The translations under genes and the position numbers were made by a program. A stretch of 64,000 nt of DNA from Pecten maximus (Eukaryota). The stretch's first letter is position 1; every line of letters starts with the position of its first letter. The notes under the pieces were generated by a model, which was not told the origin of the DNA, searched no databases, and saw only the letters and a program-made list of their open reading frames with translations. Shown piece after piece: positions 25,831 through 38,537 of the stretch. Location of the stretch: assembly GCF_902652985.1 (NCBI RefSeq), contig NC_047023.1, positions 40,176,001 to 40,240,000 on the forward strand, written 5' to 3'.

Positions 25831-27784
25831 AACTGGGATCCAGAGGTCCACCAATACACTTAGTAGAACGCACAAGTCTGTCACAGCGTATCTGACATGG
25901 GCTTTTTTTTTGAAACAAATATAAAACCTTATTGCTACTATTCTCCTGAAATGTCAAAACATGAAATACTTTTCGCTCATTTGTTTATTTCTCGTTGTTA
26001 TGGTTTAAAGTGGGAACCACACGTGTGTTACATGTAACAGTCTGTTCCCCTCTATCAAAGATTTTAAATGTCAATATCTGGGACCGTGAAATCCTACACG
26101 ATATCGACATACAGATGTCTCATTATCACCTATTGTAGGAAAATGATGGTAATACGTTGTACAATAACGACCACAAACTCTCGGATCCAGTTACTACAAT
26201 ATGGTGTATATGTTTAACTTGATCAGATAAGATTTGATGTGATGACAGCGAGTATTACGACGATGATATTGGATCATTCATCGAGTTATCTAACAGATAA
26301 AAATCAGTCATTGCGTAAGGTTGAAGTGGTAACATTAGATGACAAAGCTTATTGATTTGTTTAAGTTTGTTTCAATTGCCGACAAAGAACTATGATGTCG
26401 TTACGTCTATGTTAATAAGTAACACGTGTTCCATTGATCATAATTGCAGTACAAGTTACATCACACATGCTAATCTAAACCTGAGTCATAGGAATTTATT
26501 TTAAAAATGTAACATGCATTCACTTTAATCAGCATTACTTAGAGGCTTACTATTGTGTAGTACGACTTTACGTAGAATTAACTTACAAATTCTACATCAC
26601 AAACACTTATCGTATACATTCCACACAACTGTAACATTTACTATTTAACAACATCATGCTGATTGAATGGTGAACCTTTGCCTCCGAGGCTTGCCGTAAC
26701 CTGCATGTCGTTCATTGTACTACGCCTTCCCATCAAGATTTCTAACTTATTTTTGACAAATTTTACCGTCGCCTCCTAAGTATCAATATTAACACATTAA
26801 GAACCACTTCCACGTACCAGAAGGATGAGGTATTTGTATTAATGTAGTTTTATACATGTTTGGTCCTACTGTATCTAACTCTTAATTTGTATTGAAAGGT
26901 GTTCATATCTTCACAATGCTTTGTTCAGTAGTAAGGACAATAGTATAACAGATGTATAACTGTAACAAAGGAGTTAAATGTATACTGTTGAAGTATAATT
27001 GATAATAACAATTAATACAGACATATGCCTGTGTTACATATATTTTTCAGAACAGCTCACTTACTGGATATATTGACACTGGTGTATAACACAAAGCAAT
27101 ACCAACAAAGACTTCATGGTGAAGAACAATAGGCGACTCAGATCGGTAGATAATATGTTAATTTGTGAGGCTGGCAATAGCGTTCTTTTTGGTCTTTATG
27201 GAATTGGAAAATAGTGAATCATTTACCACATTTATATTAAAGCTCATGCTAATGATGATTGGGGAAAGTAACGCACAAACACCAAGTATTATATTGTACT
27301 AAAATATACTAATGCATGTAGATTACATTTATTTACGATGTCAAGTGATCGTGAAATGGAAACATCACCTTTAGATATGAATTTGATTGTATAAATTCAT
27401 TGTATGCCAGATAACGATTTAAAGTGTAGAGATCATATCATTACATTATCTCGCTCTTCTTTAACTCTTTTGGCGATGCTAGAGTTCTGAACTGTGGAAA
27501 TCTAGGAGTGTGGAAATCCGGAAGTGGGGAATGTACAATGTTGAAAAGTCTAAATAGGGCAGAACAAATATAAGAAGTCGGGCTACACAATTACGTAATG
27601 GAATGCAAATATAAGGAATTTTGTTTACCTCACGAGACACGGTATTATGATATTGACAATGCGATAGATTTGTTTGGAACATTGTTGACTATGTCGCACA
27701 ACATAATGTTTTCTTTTCTGTGGCTTCTTGTTGTTTTCTGAACTACAGAGCAATATTAAACAGCATATGTGTGTAAAGGATTTG

Positions 27785-28030
27785 TTATACTCCCTGCAAT
27801 GAAGTTGGGAGGGGGACGTATAAAGGCATCAGCGTGCTTTTCTTCCGGTAGACCTTGTACCGCCTATTCCGTCCAGGATTATGTAAAGTACTCCTCCAAG
27901 TTAATAGAGTTAACACATTCTTATAAAACTACACACGAATGTTATAACAGAATATGTGAAGATGTGCATGTTTTTGTTCTTGTTGTTGGGTTTTTAAAAG
28001 ACATTTCGGTTGTCATGGAAACAGGTATCT
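27785..28030 (+). mobile_element. Decayed non-autonomous Helentron/DINE-like (HINE) element
   Basis: Starts in a T-run with TTATACTCCC-TGCAATGAAGTT-GGGAGG..TATA (subterminal hairpin), then TACTCCTCC, AAACTACACAC, GATGTGCAT and GTTGTCATGGAAAC blocks that I recognise from bivalve HINE families; no database check. Confidence 0.5.
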
Positions 28031-31000
28031 ACTCGCAAAGTTTGTGTATCATTGAATGTTAAGGACTGTGATTACATGTTTTTTTTTTTGTTTTTTTGTT
28101 TTTGCTTTTTCTTTTCTTTTCCATTTATTTACATGTGTTGCTATAGTAGCTACGTTGTAGGTCACAGACAGAGGATTTGTGTTATCATCAGTTCAAAGAT
28201 CTTCTTTTTTTTAAAACTTGAGTAACTTATCCATGCCTATTGCTCAAGACAACAAGTGTTTCCAGAACCTTTACTTTAGAAAAAATACAGGCTTCTGATT
28301 GGTTTGAATTGAGATATTTTCTCATTAAGCGGCAAATAGGTATATATTTGTTTTAAGGAATAGCAAATGAAACTTTAGTATTTTCCCAAACAATAAAGAT
28401 GTCATTTAGTTGCCATAGATGCAAATGAGGAGTAGCGGTGTATTATAGTTAGCTATTGGCTTACAGTTCTAGTTTACGTATTGGAAATTAAAGTATTTAA
28501 CTAACACATGGAGGCTAATGTCAAGGAAACCAACACAGATACGCTATTCTTGGCGACCGGTAAATGAAGTTACAGAAGTTATTAGCTTGATATCGATCTC
28601 TCAGTAGTGTGGTTATTGTTAGTTTGATATCTCACTTTAGAATTGTAGACAAAAAACAAAATTTCCAAATTACCAACAATTTTCCGAAGATATCATTCAT
28701 TATCTTATTAGGACAGTGCAAAGAAATGTCGGTTAGCAGGACTAATACTCGTTACAATACATTGAAATATAAGAAACCCTCTCATTTATCAAGTGAATAT
28801 AACTCTTCTTACTTCTTTAATGAAGTTTTGGGTTAATAGAGGAGCAGACCATGATTTCTAAATTGACCATACTGAAGGATAGATCATAACAATTTACACG
28901 CATTAAATCAATTTATGAAATTACAGCGGATAACTGAATCAAATGATAAAATGTCTGACCTTGAAGGTCTGGTTAACAATCTTTGACAGATTTCCCAGTC
29001 ATTTGTTTCCATATACATTAAGAATAGATTAAGGGTTTAATCTGATCTATTTAAAAAATCAATTGGCTTGGAATTGGGCGTTAAAGCACACATAAATCAA
29101 TTATTTGGTTAAATAGAATGTGATTTTGACAGTTCTATTTCACATTTACCTTGACTCCCGTTGTGCTCTGACGTATTACTACGAATTTTAAACCGCTATC
29201 TTTTGAACTACGAATAGGTACATTAGTATATACAGCGAAATTAAGAAATATTGGATTACACTAGATTAAAAGGTATATTTCAATACAAACTATTAGATAT
29301 CCTAATCCAACAGAGTGTTTTCAGTAGCACAGTAAACTTTCTAACTTTTTATCTTTTAATCAACAATGGCAGTGTACTTGGCAGTGTATTCTCTATCTGT
29401 TTGAATTACGTTTATTTCCTTTAGATACTGTACACTGTATGCATATTGTTTTGATAATTGAAACCAAAATAAAGCAATGCATAACAAGTACTCTTATCTG
29501 CTCTATATCGGAAGGTGTGGAAAATTTAAATACTTCAGATTTCTACAAGTAGTAGATATTAAACTTGCTAAAAACAAATAATCATATTATCTATTATAGA
29601 TCTTTAATGGTTCAGTGTATGTTTAATCCTAAATTGACGTGGGCGAAGGTTTTAAATCAACAAATATTAAGGGATTTAAATTTTACATTTTGAAAAGCTT
29701 GTTATTACTAACAACTGTGTATTTGGTAAGTTTCAAGTTCTCTCAAATACCGTTTTGTGTCCAATGCAGGGGTTCAATTCAGATATATATGTTTAAAAAA
29801 AAGAAAAAAAAAAAAGATTACAAATCATAAAATAATGCTTTATAAGCGTTTGACAAGACTTCTTTGAGTATTGTATGGATACCTATTACTGATGACGTCA
29901 ATACCTCTTCGGGTTTTACATTTAATGCTTTAATTATACCTTATGTTGCCTTCGGTTGTAAAATCATTTTCTCTAATGGCTGTACGTACAACCAAGTTCG
30001 TTTCTACGTAAATTAGAGTTATCAGCCCCTTGCTATCAATATCCTGTGTCTCTCCCATTTGCGTTAAAGCCATTTGTCAATTTACATCCAATAATCGATG
30101 TTTTACTGTTTTCTGATTTAATTCATGGTTGTTCACTTCGTTCGTGACATTGCCCTTCCGTTTGGCGTATAAGATGTTTATCTAAGTGTGTATTAAAACG
30201 CCCAAATTCCATTAACATATGTTCCGAAAATATGTTTGATCGATACAGGCAATTGTTGAGATGACTTTTCTATCCACATAGTCAGTTTCAACTGATATTT
30301 ATCCAATTATGTCGTTACGTTAACAAAAACGTCCGACATTGATCAAGAGAAATGTATTAAAGTTGTGTACCAGTGGTATGAGGCATCCCCAGGGACACTT
30401 AGTGCCCCAAATCACGGCAGCTTTGTTTTCAATTACAGATGCTGTTGTATACGGTATAAGAAAATAAGCGCATTGTCATTATAATTCCTGTTTTTATACA
30501 TCAATCATTGTAATTCGTAATCTTAAGTGTAATCTAGTCAAATGGAGTCAGAAAATAGGGCAACAATGTAATGCATTCTCCTATGAGAAGATTTTTTTCT
30601 CTGTGAATTATAAAGTAAAACGTTTGCTGATTTCTGATATATGCATAATTGATTCACTTGTTGTTGACTAAGCCTTCCATGTCACTAGATATATGGAAAT
30701 TATGATAAGTGCAAGGTGTGGTCGGTACGGACGTTATTAATACATGTATATTTTCTTTTGAGAAAATAGTTCCACGGTTTTAAGAAACCAATCAATGTGT
30801 TTAAATGGCTATAGGAATGATATTACACTGTACGCTTGCTGATTCAAAAACCTCAACTTACCTCCCCTTAATGGCCGTAGTGCCTGATAATTACGGTGTT
30901 CTGAATTAGTGTTATCAAACATCTTTCATACCGTAATTATACCCTTATAGTTTAATGTTTTGATTGATCTTCCTCCACATACTTGATAGTTCTGCCAATT

Positions 31001-34000
31001 GATATGGTGATGTGTAATCCTACTGATCTTAAGATATTACGATATAATTTAACGAGGATTGCAAGCTACCAGTATATCTCCCAAGATGCGCTGCAAATAA
31101 CTACCATTCCTTCAAACTTTTAAAGCTATCCAAACCGTCTTGCGGTGATAACTATTCACGTGTAATATTTACCGGATGTTTGTTTTGAAAGTAATAATTT
31201 AATATGGCTGCTTTTATTTAGAAAGAGTACCACGAGTGTACATATTTAACTAATGGTATACTCCCAGCTGAAGATGTGCACCAAACAAACATCTTTGAGA
31301 ATGACTTTCCATCGGGACACGGGAAGGCCAGGGTATTATCATCTTTTGAGTTTCCATTCAACTGCAAATGAAATATCAGACCCCTGTTATATAAGTATTC
31401 CTTTAAAAAAATTCCTATCTTAAATTTCTCATGGCAAAACATTGCAGAATTTAAGAAAATATGCATATTTTTTATAAATTCCGTAATGTGTTTCCATATT
31501 GTTAACAACATACATAAATAAACGGCCCCTTCATGCTAATGACTAATACTATTCTTTATTAAATAGCTTGAAATTTGGTTGTAGAATGTTTTACTTACAT
31601 TGACTTATAAAATGTAATTCACTTGTAATCATGGTAACATGTTTATCCTTATATAGCGACACACCTGTAATATGCTGGGTAGGATATATATGGTAGTGGT
31701 GGTGTTCTGTCGCGCAAATGTGAAACAAAAACTTAGAAAATTATTATTACACCAAAACTGGAGGCTGCGAGCTTACCAGTCTAAACGCACAGTACAGTAA
31801 TCGCGAATTAGTATTTCTCCCTTTAAAGCACAATGTTCAGTAACACCGCGTAAATTTCATTCTGTGTAAAAATAATAATGTGTAAACAAGTTAATACACT
31901 ATATGTTGTTAATTTACTTTTAGATATTAAAATGTTCATTCCAATTGTAAAGCTGTCTCGATCTCTGTGTGACATGACGTTGATACATTTTCAACTATTT
32001 CTGTAGTTTAGCAAGTAATTGTTTGGTTAATTGTTTCTCGACTGAAACACAAAACCTCAATAGTTTGGCGAGAATAGTTTCTGACTTCTCTCTGTTACTG
32101 CAACGCTTCCTTACTAAGTCGTTTGCAAGTGACAAGATGAATTTAGGTAACGTTCATTTTGGTTTGGCGAGTAAAGTTTCTGATTTCTCTCTGCTGCAGC
32201 ATCTTTTCCATTCCGGGTCAATTCGAACATCCTTTAACAGATAGCATACAGTTTGGGTACTTAAGGTAACAAAGGTTAGCAGGAGGAAACTATTGTCGTT
32301 TCAATGTTTGCAGAATGTAATAAATCTCTTATCTCCAATTTAAAAACATTAGGATGTCAGGAGAGTGATTCATCCTATTTAACTCTTCCTTGATTCAATT
32401 TCCATTCTTTGAGTTTTTAGGCAAGCAAACTAACTAAATAGGATCTCAATAGCGTCAATCGATAAGGATATCGTATCCCGATACACCAGGGGCCAACACA
32501 GAGCTAGGGTAAAATCAGTTTAAGCATTTATTTCAGCATTTAAACTCACCATCTCAACAATAAAATCTCTACGTAAGGATTTGTTTTGCTAAATTCATTG
32601 TATGATCAAATTTGAATACCATTGAATCCCTACATTAGTTATTGTTTAACTGAATACTTATAGTAAATAGATTTTGTTGTTGGCCGTTTTACACGATAAA
32701 TCAGCTACGTGAGAAGATATACATGTATATCGCAACCCAGGTAAGTATAAAGGCCGGCCCAGGCTGCGTTGGCAATTTCTCTTCACAAACTTTTGGACAT
32801 ATATTTATCTCACTTTTATTACCACAGAGTGATCTTAGAATAGAATATAATGCTTACTATATATACATATATGTCTTAGGATTATAACTTATAACTAATC
32901 CTGATCTTAGTGATTATTTGATGATGTTTCAGATGTGTTCATTATAATTTCTGTCCTTTAAGTTAAACTTCCACAACACTAGACCTGTTATAAATACATG
33001 TGATATTTACACAAGGTAAACTATTAATAGATTACACTACACACCTTATATCATCCTGATTACCATGATATATACCTTCTACCTGCTGGTTATAAAGACT
33101 TTAAATGATGAATCACGAGTATAGTATACATTGTTGTGTAGTTTAAATCAAGGACGGTATCAGTGGATATACAAAGAAATAGATTGGTTTATATGTTCTT
33201 AACCTGGGAAATCAACCTTGTCATTTAAACTATACATAATCTTTAAACTTGTCACTATACAATACGTACGGGAACCATTTAAATGCAAGGTGTTTGCTCC
33301 ATAAATGGTTAAATATCAAAAAGACTAAAAATTTTAGAAATATCAAATTACTTAATATCTTTAATAAACCAAACATATTATTATTTTACTATCATCTGTG
33401 AAGTTTAAATGCCTGTATAATTACGGTATTGTTGGGTACTATTAAATCTTTTTTAAGTACATCGTGCAATTTGTCATCTGCATTGATCAATAATGTGACT
33501 AATCCGGATTTTAACGACTGGTGCGATTTATACTGATAATGACAATAATTACAGATATGTATTTAGAATGCGGATATGGGCTGTCGGAGGCAATGTGTAA
33601 GAAAACACACGGTATTTTGGCGAGGACACAATAAGATCTTTTTCATGATATATCTTTAGTTTTTGCTTACATCTACCTGCTACCTGACGATGTCGATGGA
33701 AAAAACTAAAGCATATACACTTCCTAGTAGACTTCGTATAATTACTTTAAATTAGTCAGTAAAATATATTGAAAAGCAAATGAAGTCTGGTAAAAATCTT
33801 AAATTATACTAAGAAAAGGGAATATTAATAGTTATTTTCTTCGCAATACATGTAAATAATTGTTTGTGAACTTTCATATTACAAACAATGTCACATAAAA
33901 TGAGCTGATTTTGCCTGCTGCAATAGTTTATTTCATATATATGAAACATATTGATTTCTGACATCATATTTAGACAGGAGATTTTTTTAATGGTTGATAA

Positions 34001-36134
34001 ATCATTGTATATACCTCAAGGAAAGGCTATAATTGTTAGTTTTTCGATTGGTACGGAATCGCCTGTGTGTCTATCAAGTTACAAATAACGAGGACCTGTT
34101 AAATTTCCCCGGACATATTTGGCACTTACTTGGCTTTAATGTAAGCTAGTTTGAACATCCAGAAACCGGAAACGGCCTGTACGTGTCAGATGATATATGT
34201 CAGAAACAATCTTCATGGTCTGTTTTAATAGGTAGTCTTTGTTCTGAAAACCTTTGAAGTCTTGGGGGAAGGAACTTAATGATGCTTGGCAGATCAGATG
34301 ATTCTTCTTTTTCAAACAGTGTTACTACTTTGGCTCATTTCAATTCAATATAGGCAAACTATAGTTCTTGCACTAAAGATAAAATCTATTTCGTCTGGAA
34401 AAAAATATTTAAAAAAAAAGCATATTGTATTGTCTTTTTAATTCGGTATCATTTTATGGTAAATTGGGCTTGTCACGTTCAATGACAATGCTGGCATTAG
34501 TTGATCCGTTTAATAGAATTGTTTTAAATGTATATTTTGATGCATTCCAATGTCATTTAAATAATTTCCGATCGCTGAAAATTTAAGTGAAAACCGTTAA
34601 AATCTCAGTACGCATTTATGGAGATTTAACAAACAAAAAAGAAAAAAAAAGTGTACTTAAATAAACACCGAGGTTGTTTATGATAAGAGCATACTTCGTT
34701 TTTGTGCTATAGCCCCATAACATACAATATATCCAAGTAAATCCTTATAATTTAATGTACTCTACACAATCCCTGTGGAAATCTACTTTTATCTTAGAAC
34801 TCATTACGCCCCTGTAACAGCCAAAAAGCTACTTTACAAACGGCGACGTCATTTTGTACGTGATAGGCTGATAACGTAAACTCTTAACCCAATCACAATG
34901 CTTGTTAGAAACAAATATATGTAATAATATCATTATGCAATGCTTGATATATATTGCCTTCTAGTCTAGCTATATATTTACAAATCAATATCCGAATAAC
35001 ACGTTTACAAAATCATTCAATGTTCCCTACGACCTAAAACCAATCCAATATTTCAATGGCCAATCTATTTGCTTGAGTTTAACTCATAAATAAAAAACAA
35101 TTTACGTTCAGTAATTCAAATTCTAGTTACTTTATTAATTAGATTGTTAGTTCAGATTACTTCTTGTTCTATAACAAACATATTTCCTATCGCAAACATA
35201 TAAAAAAAAGAATGTCCTCAGATGTATGTACTTTATGGAAGCTTGCTTTGTTTATTGGAAGAGAATATCCCGTTTTGGTTATTGATGTTACATGTAAGTG
35301 CATCAAATGCATGATATTGCATAAGCATACATGTATTTATAGCAAACATTAACTGAAATGGACCTGTAAGACGAAACAAATTTGGTGATAAGCATACATG
35401 TAGTGCAGTTTTCGTCCATAAATATTGGAATATATAACATTCTCTTCATCAACAAAAATGCCGACGGATCTGAGCAAAATAGTTATATTAATGAAAATGT
35501 TCGTATACATTTGTCATTACCAAGAAGGTAATATCTCCTTAGAAGAGGCCACAATTTGAGTAAATGTGTGCTGCTTTTTCATGTAGTTGTTACAAAACAA
35601 TAACGGACAGTAATGATTATTTATAACAGAGAGTGTATGTCATATACTGAATATAGGCAATAATAAAGGCACGGCTATCAAACATACTTGAATGGAAACA
35701 GATTCTGGCTGTTATAAATGGATGCGAGATATAGTTGTTATAAAATTGTTAAAATATGCTGATGATAATAATTTGACTTAAACCAAGTTTGACTTACGCT
35801 GTCTGTAAAAAGTAGAGACATGTATAAGATGGCCTCGGGGTTTAATCTATGGTGGGGTATTTCCGTTTGTGTGGCATTTATTAGGGGTAATGGTTCAGGA
35901 GCTAATTGTTTATATGTCAGATATCCCAACACACTATTGTTTTGGTAATTCTACCATGTAAGTATGATTGTAGCACTACAGTTGGTTTGTAAGAACTATA
36001 AACACGAAAACAAATTAAGTATCACAGCGCAACCAACGATATAGCTGAAATGTACAGGTAACGTTTACGGAATGGAGATCGCTACCTTGGTTCTCAGGAT
36101 GAACGTCACATTAGACTACTTTGATTTCGTTAAC

Positions 36135-36614
36135 ATGGCGGATACCGTCGATGAAGTAGATGTTTGCCCTTCCGAAACATGTGGTCTATTTCTTATTATT
36201 TTCAATTGTTTTCATGTCTTTCTTCTTCTTTTTTCATGCGGTCTCAGATCATAAAGTGGTCGATATCCTCCTGATATATCTATGCCCAACATCTATCCCA
36301 CACATCTATCCCACACATCTACAAACCGAGAAAGGATTGGTGTCAGTGCGGCACTCTCTAAACGATTATCTGAGGGTTAACGACGAAGTGTTATCATGCA
36401 TTGTATTTATCATTACAGTGTCACATCAATTACCGTGTAATAAACATCATCACAATCTCCGCCGCATATCAAGCAAGAATCGTTCACATTTATCAAGAAA
36501 ACCATAGATTCATGAACAAACATTGATGAAATCCTCTCAGATCAGTGCAAGAAAAAATTATCGGAATTACACAAAATACATCTGAATGTATTGACACAAT
36601 TCAATACAAACTAG
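36135..36614 (+). pseudogene. Possible heavily decayed B-box/coiled-coil (TRIM-like) pseudogene
   Basis: Frameshifted fragments: MADTVDEVDVCP, PKH, AVSDHK..DI, QTEKGLVSVRHSLNDYLRVNDEVL, IDEILSDQCKKKLSELHKIHLNVLTQF. Confidence 0.3.
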
Positions 36615-38467
36615 ATATACAAAGTGTTAAATGGTAATAAAGAAATCTGTACATTTTGACGTGTTTTGTTGGGGATGTTTTTCCTGGTGTGTTGTGTGTT
36701 GATCTTGTGGTGTATTTTGTCCTTGTGTGTTGATACTGTTGTATGTTTTGTCCTTGTGTGTTGATACTATGGTATTTATGGAAATGTATAATCACGAAAT
36801 AATTTGAAAGTGCCAAACCAAAAGAGAATGTACACAGGAACATTTCATGTAATAAAATATACTTTGCCCTTGTGGGTAGGCTGCAGTATATCATGTCGTT
36901 CCATCCATATACTTGAAACCTTATAAGAAAGACACTTGAATTGTTTTTATCTCCTTGTTGCTATGTCCAAATGAGTTTAAAACGCGGATACTATAATGAC
37001 ACTACAGTGAATTCTCAGTCTATGCTAAAGATTTATGTTCACATCACTATACAAAATCGTTTCTATATAAAAGAAAAAAGTACAGTTGATACCAAAACCT
37101 ATATATCAGCATGGTTATGTCGAAATTATCTAGAGAAGAAATATGTTATCTCGTTAAAAGTTGTTGTTTTTTCATTGGGAACCTGACTATTACCCCTATT
37201 CGGAGGTTTCCTGGGATGATATAGATGGATCGGGTTCTATAATGAGGATTTAAGTAAAACTTCCATGTAGAAATAAACGTGTTCACTAATAGTGGTGTCT
37301 CGGACTTAGACGTAAGGTATACTTATGTAAGGATTGTTTAATACCTTGATTTATTCTGTTACGTAACTGATGTACTGATGTAGGATTCAGTCTGTATTAG
37401 CACACATACAAATAACACTGGTATCATTAAAACTATCCCTTCCCTCAGCAGCGCCCGTCCAACAAATAAACATTCTCATTCCGCCCAACAGCAAATGGAT
37501 ACATCTTTAACACATAGTTTTATAACGCATATTCTTTCAGCTTAAGGTTTTACTTTAATTCATTGTTGTACACATACATTTGTTTTTATTGATTAACATA
37601 GAGAATTGATGTCAAGATGAAAAGGTTATTTGATGAGGCTTTACAAATGTCTCCTGTTACTCATACCATACCAATATACATTTTAAAAATAACATTTTCA
37701 TAAATATTATATCCAAAACACATTTCAGTGATGGTTCATTTCTAACATGTACGTAATGACGATTGATACATACATTATATCGTACTACTGCATACCACCA
37801 TATAGACTACTTTTGAAATATAACACTGTCACAAATTTCCTTCCGGACTGAAAATGTATTTATCATCAACAGTCGGAATCTGCTGATGATACCAGTGACT
37901 TTACTGAATCTCCATCAAACAAAAGTCATCTAACTAAAATTCCTAAAGAGGAAAACACCAACACCAAAGGGAAACCAGCCTTACGCCAATATCCCCTCCT
38001 AGTAATCCATCACACACACTATGATTTACCAATGACTACCATTCCAAAGACCGTTTGACTTGATGAGAGGCCACACTGTATATACACTGTATTTATTGAT
38101 AACAATCACGGAGTAAATATGTGCCAGACATTTAAACGTGTTTTTCTTTCATGTTGTAACAGAGAGAAAAAGAACGTGAATACTCAGATGTCAATCAAGG
38201 GACCAGTGTATAAGAGTGAGGCCTACTGCTAAAACATCATATTAATTATTTTGGAATTGTGCGTAAAACCAAACTTAAAAGTAAATGTTATTGTCTTTGG
38301 AAATCAACATGGCACTGTTCTCTTAAACTGCACGGTGTATGCTATTTGGTTGAAGTGGTTATAATAGGTGTGTTAATGTTGTAAACAATGTATTTCAGGC
38401 AAAAGAAGCGACATCCGCTGTGAAACTGAGAGAAGAGTGCGTCAATATTCGTTCTGACCTATCGGAG

Positions 38468-38537
38468 ATGCTGTTATACGTAACCTTGGCTCTGATTGGT
38501 GTATTTCTATTGTGCGTTCCGCTCAAGGTGACTTCCG
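38468..38537 (+). CDS. nAChR coding exon 1 (signal peptide MLLYVTLALIGVFLLCVPLKVTS)
   Basis: ATG at 38468, hydrophobic 23-aa leader, donor G|GTAAGT at 38538 in phase 1, matching exon 2. An acceptor tatttcag ends at 38398, followed by an ATG-free 5' UTR stretch. Too short for the ORF track. Confidence 0.78.

Noticed and set aside
20546-25957. ELDVRYSGVYN repeat ORFs
   Set aside because: Frequent 32-bp units shift the frame, so there is no evidence of coding constraint.
31218-31511. 97-aa minus-strand ORF as a gene exon
   Set aside because: No recognisable motif and no convincing partner exons.
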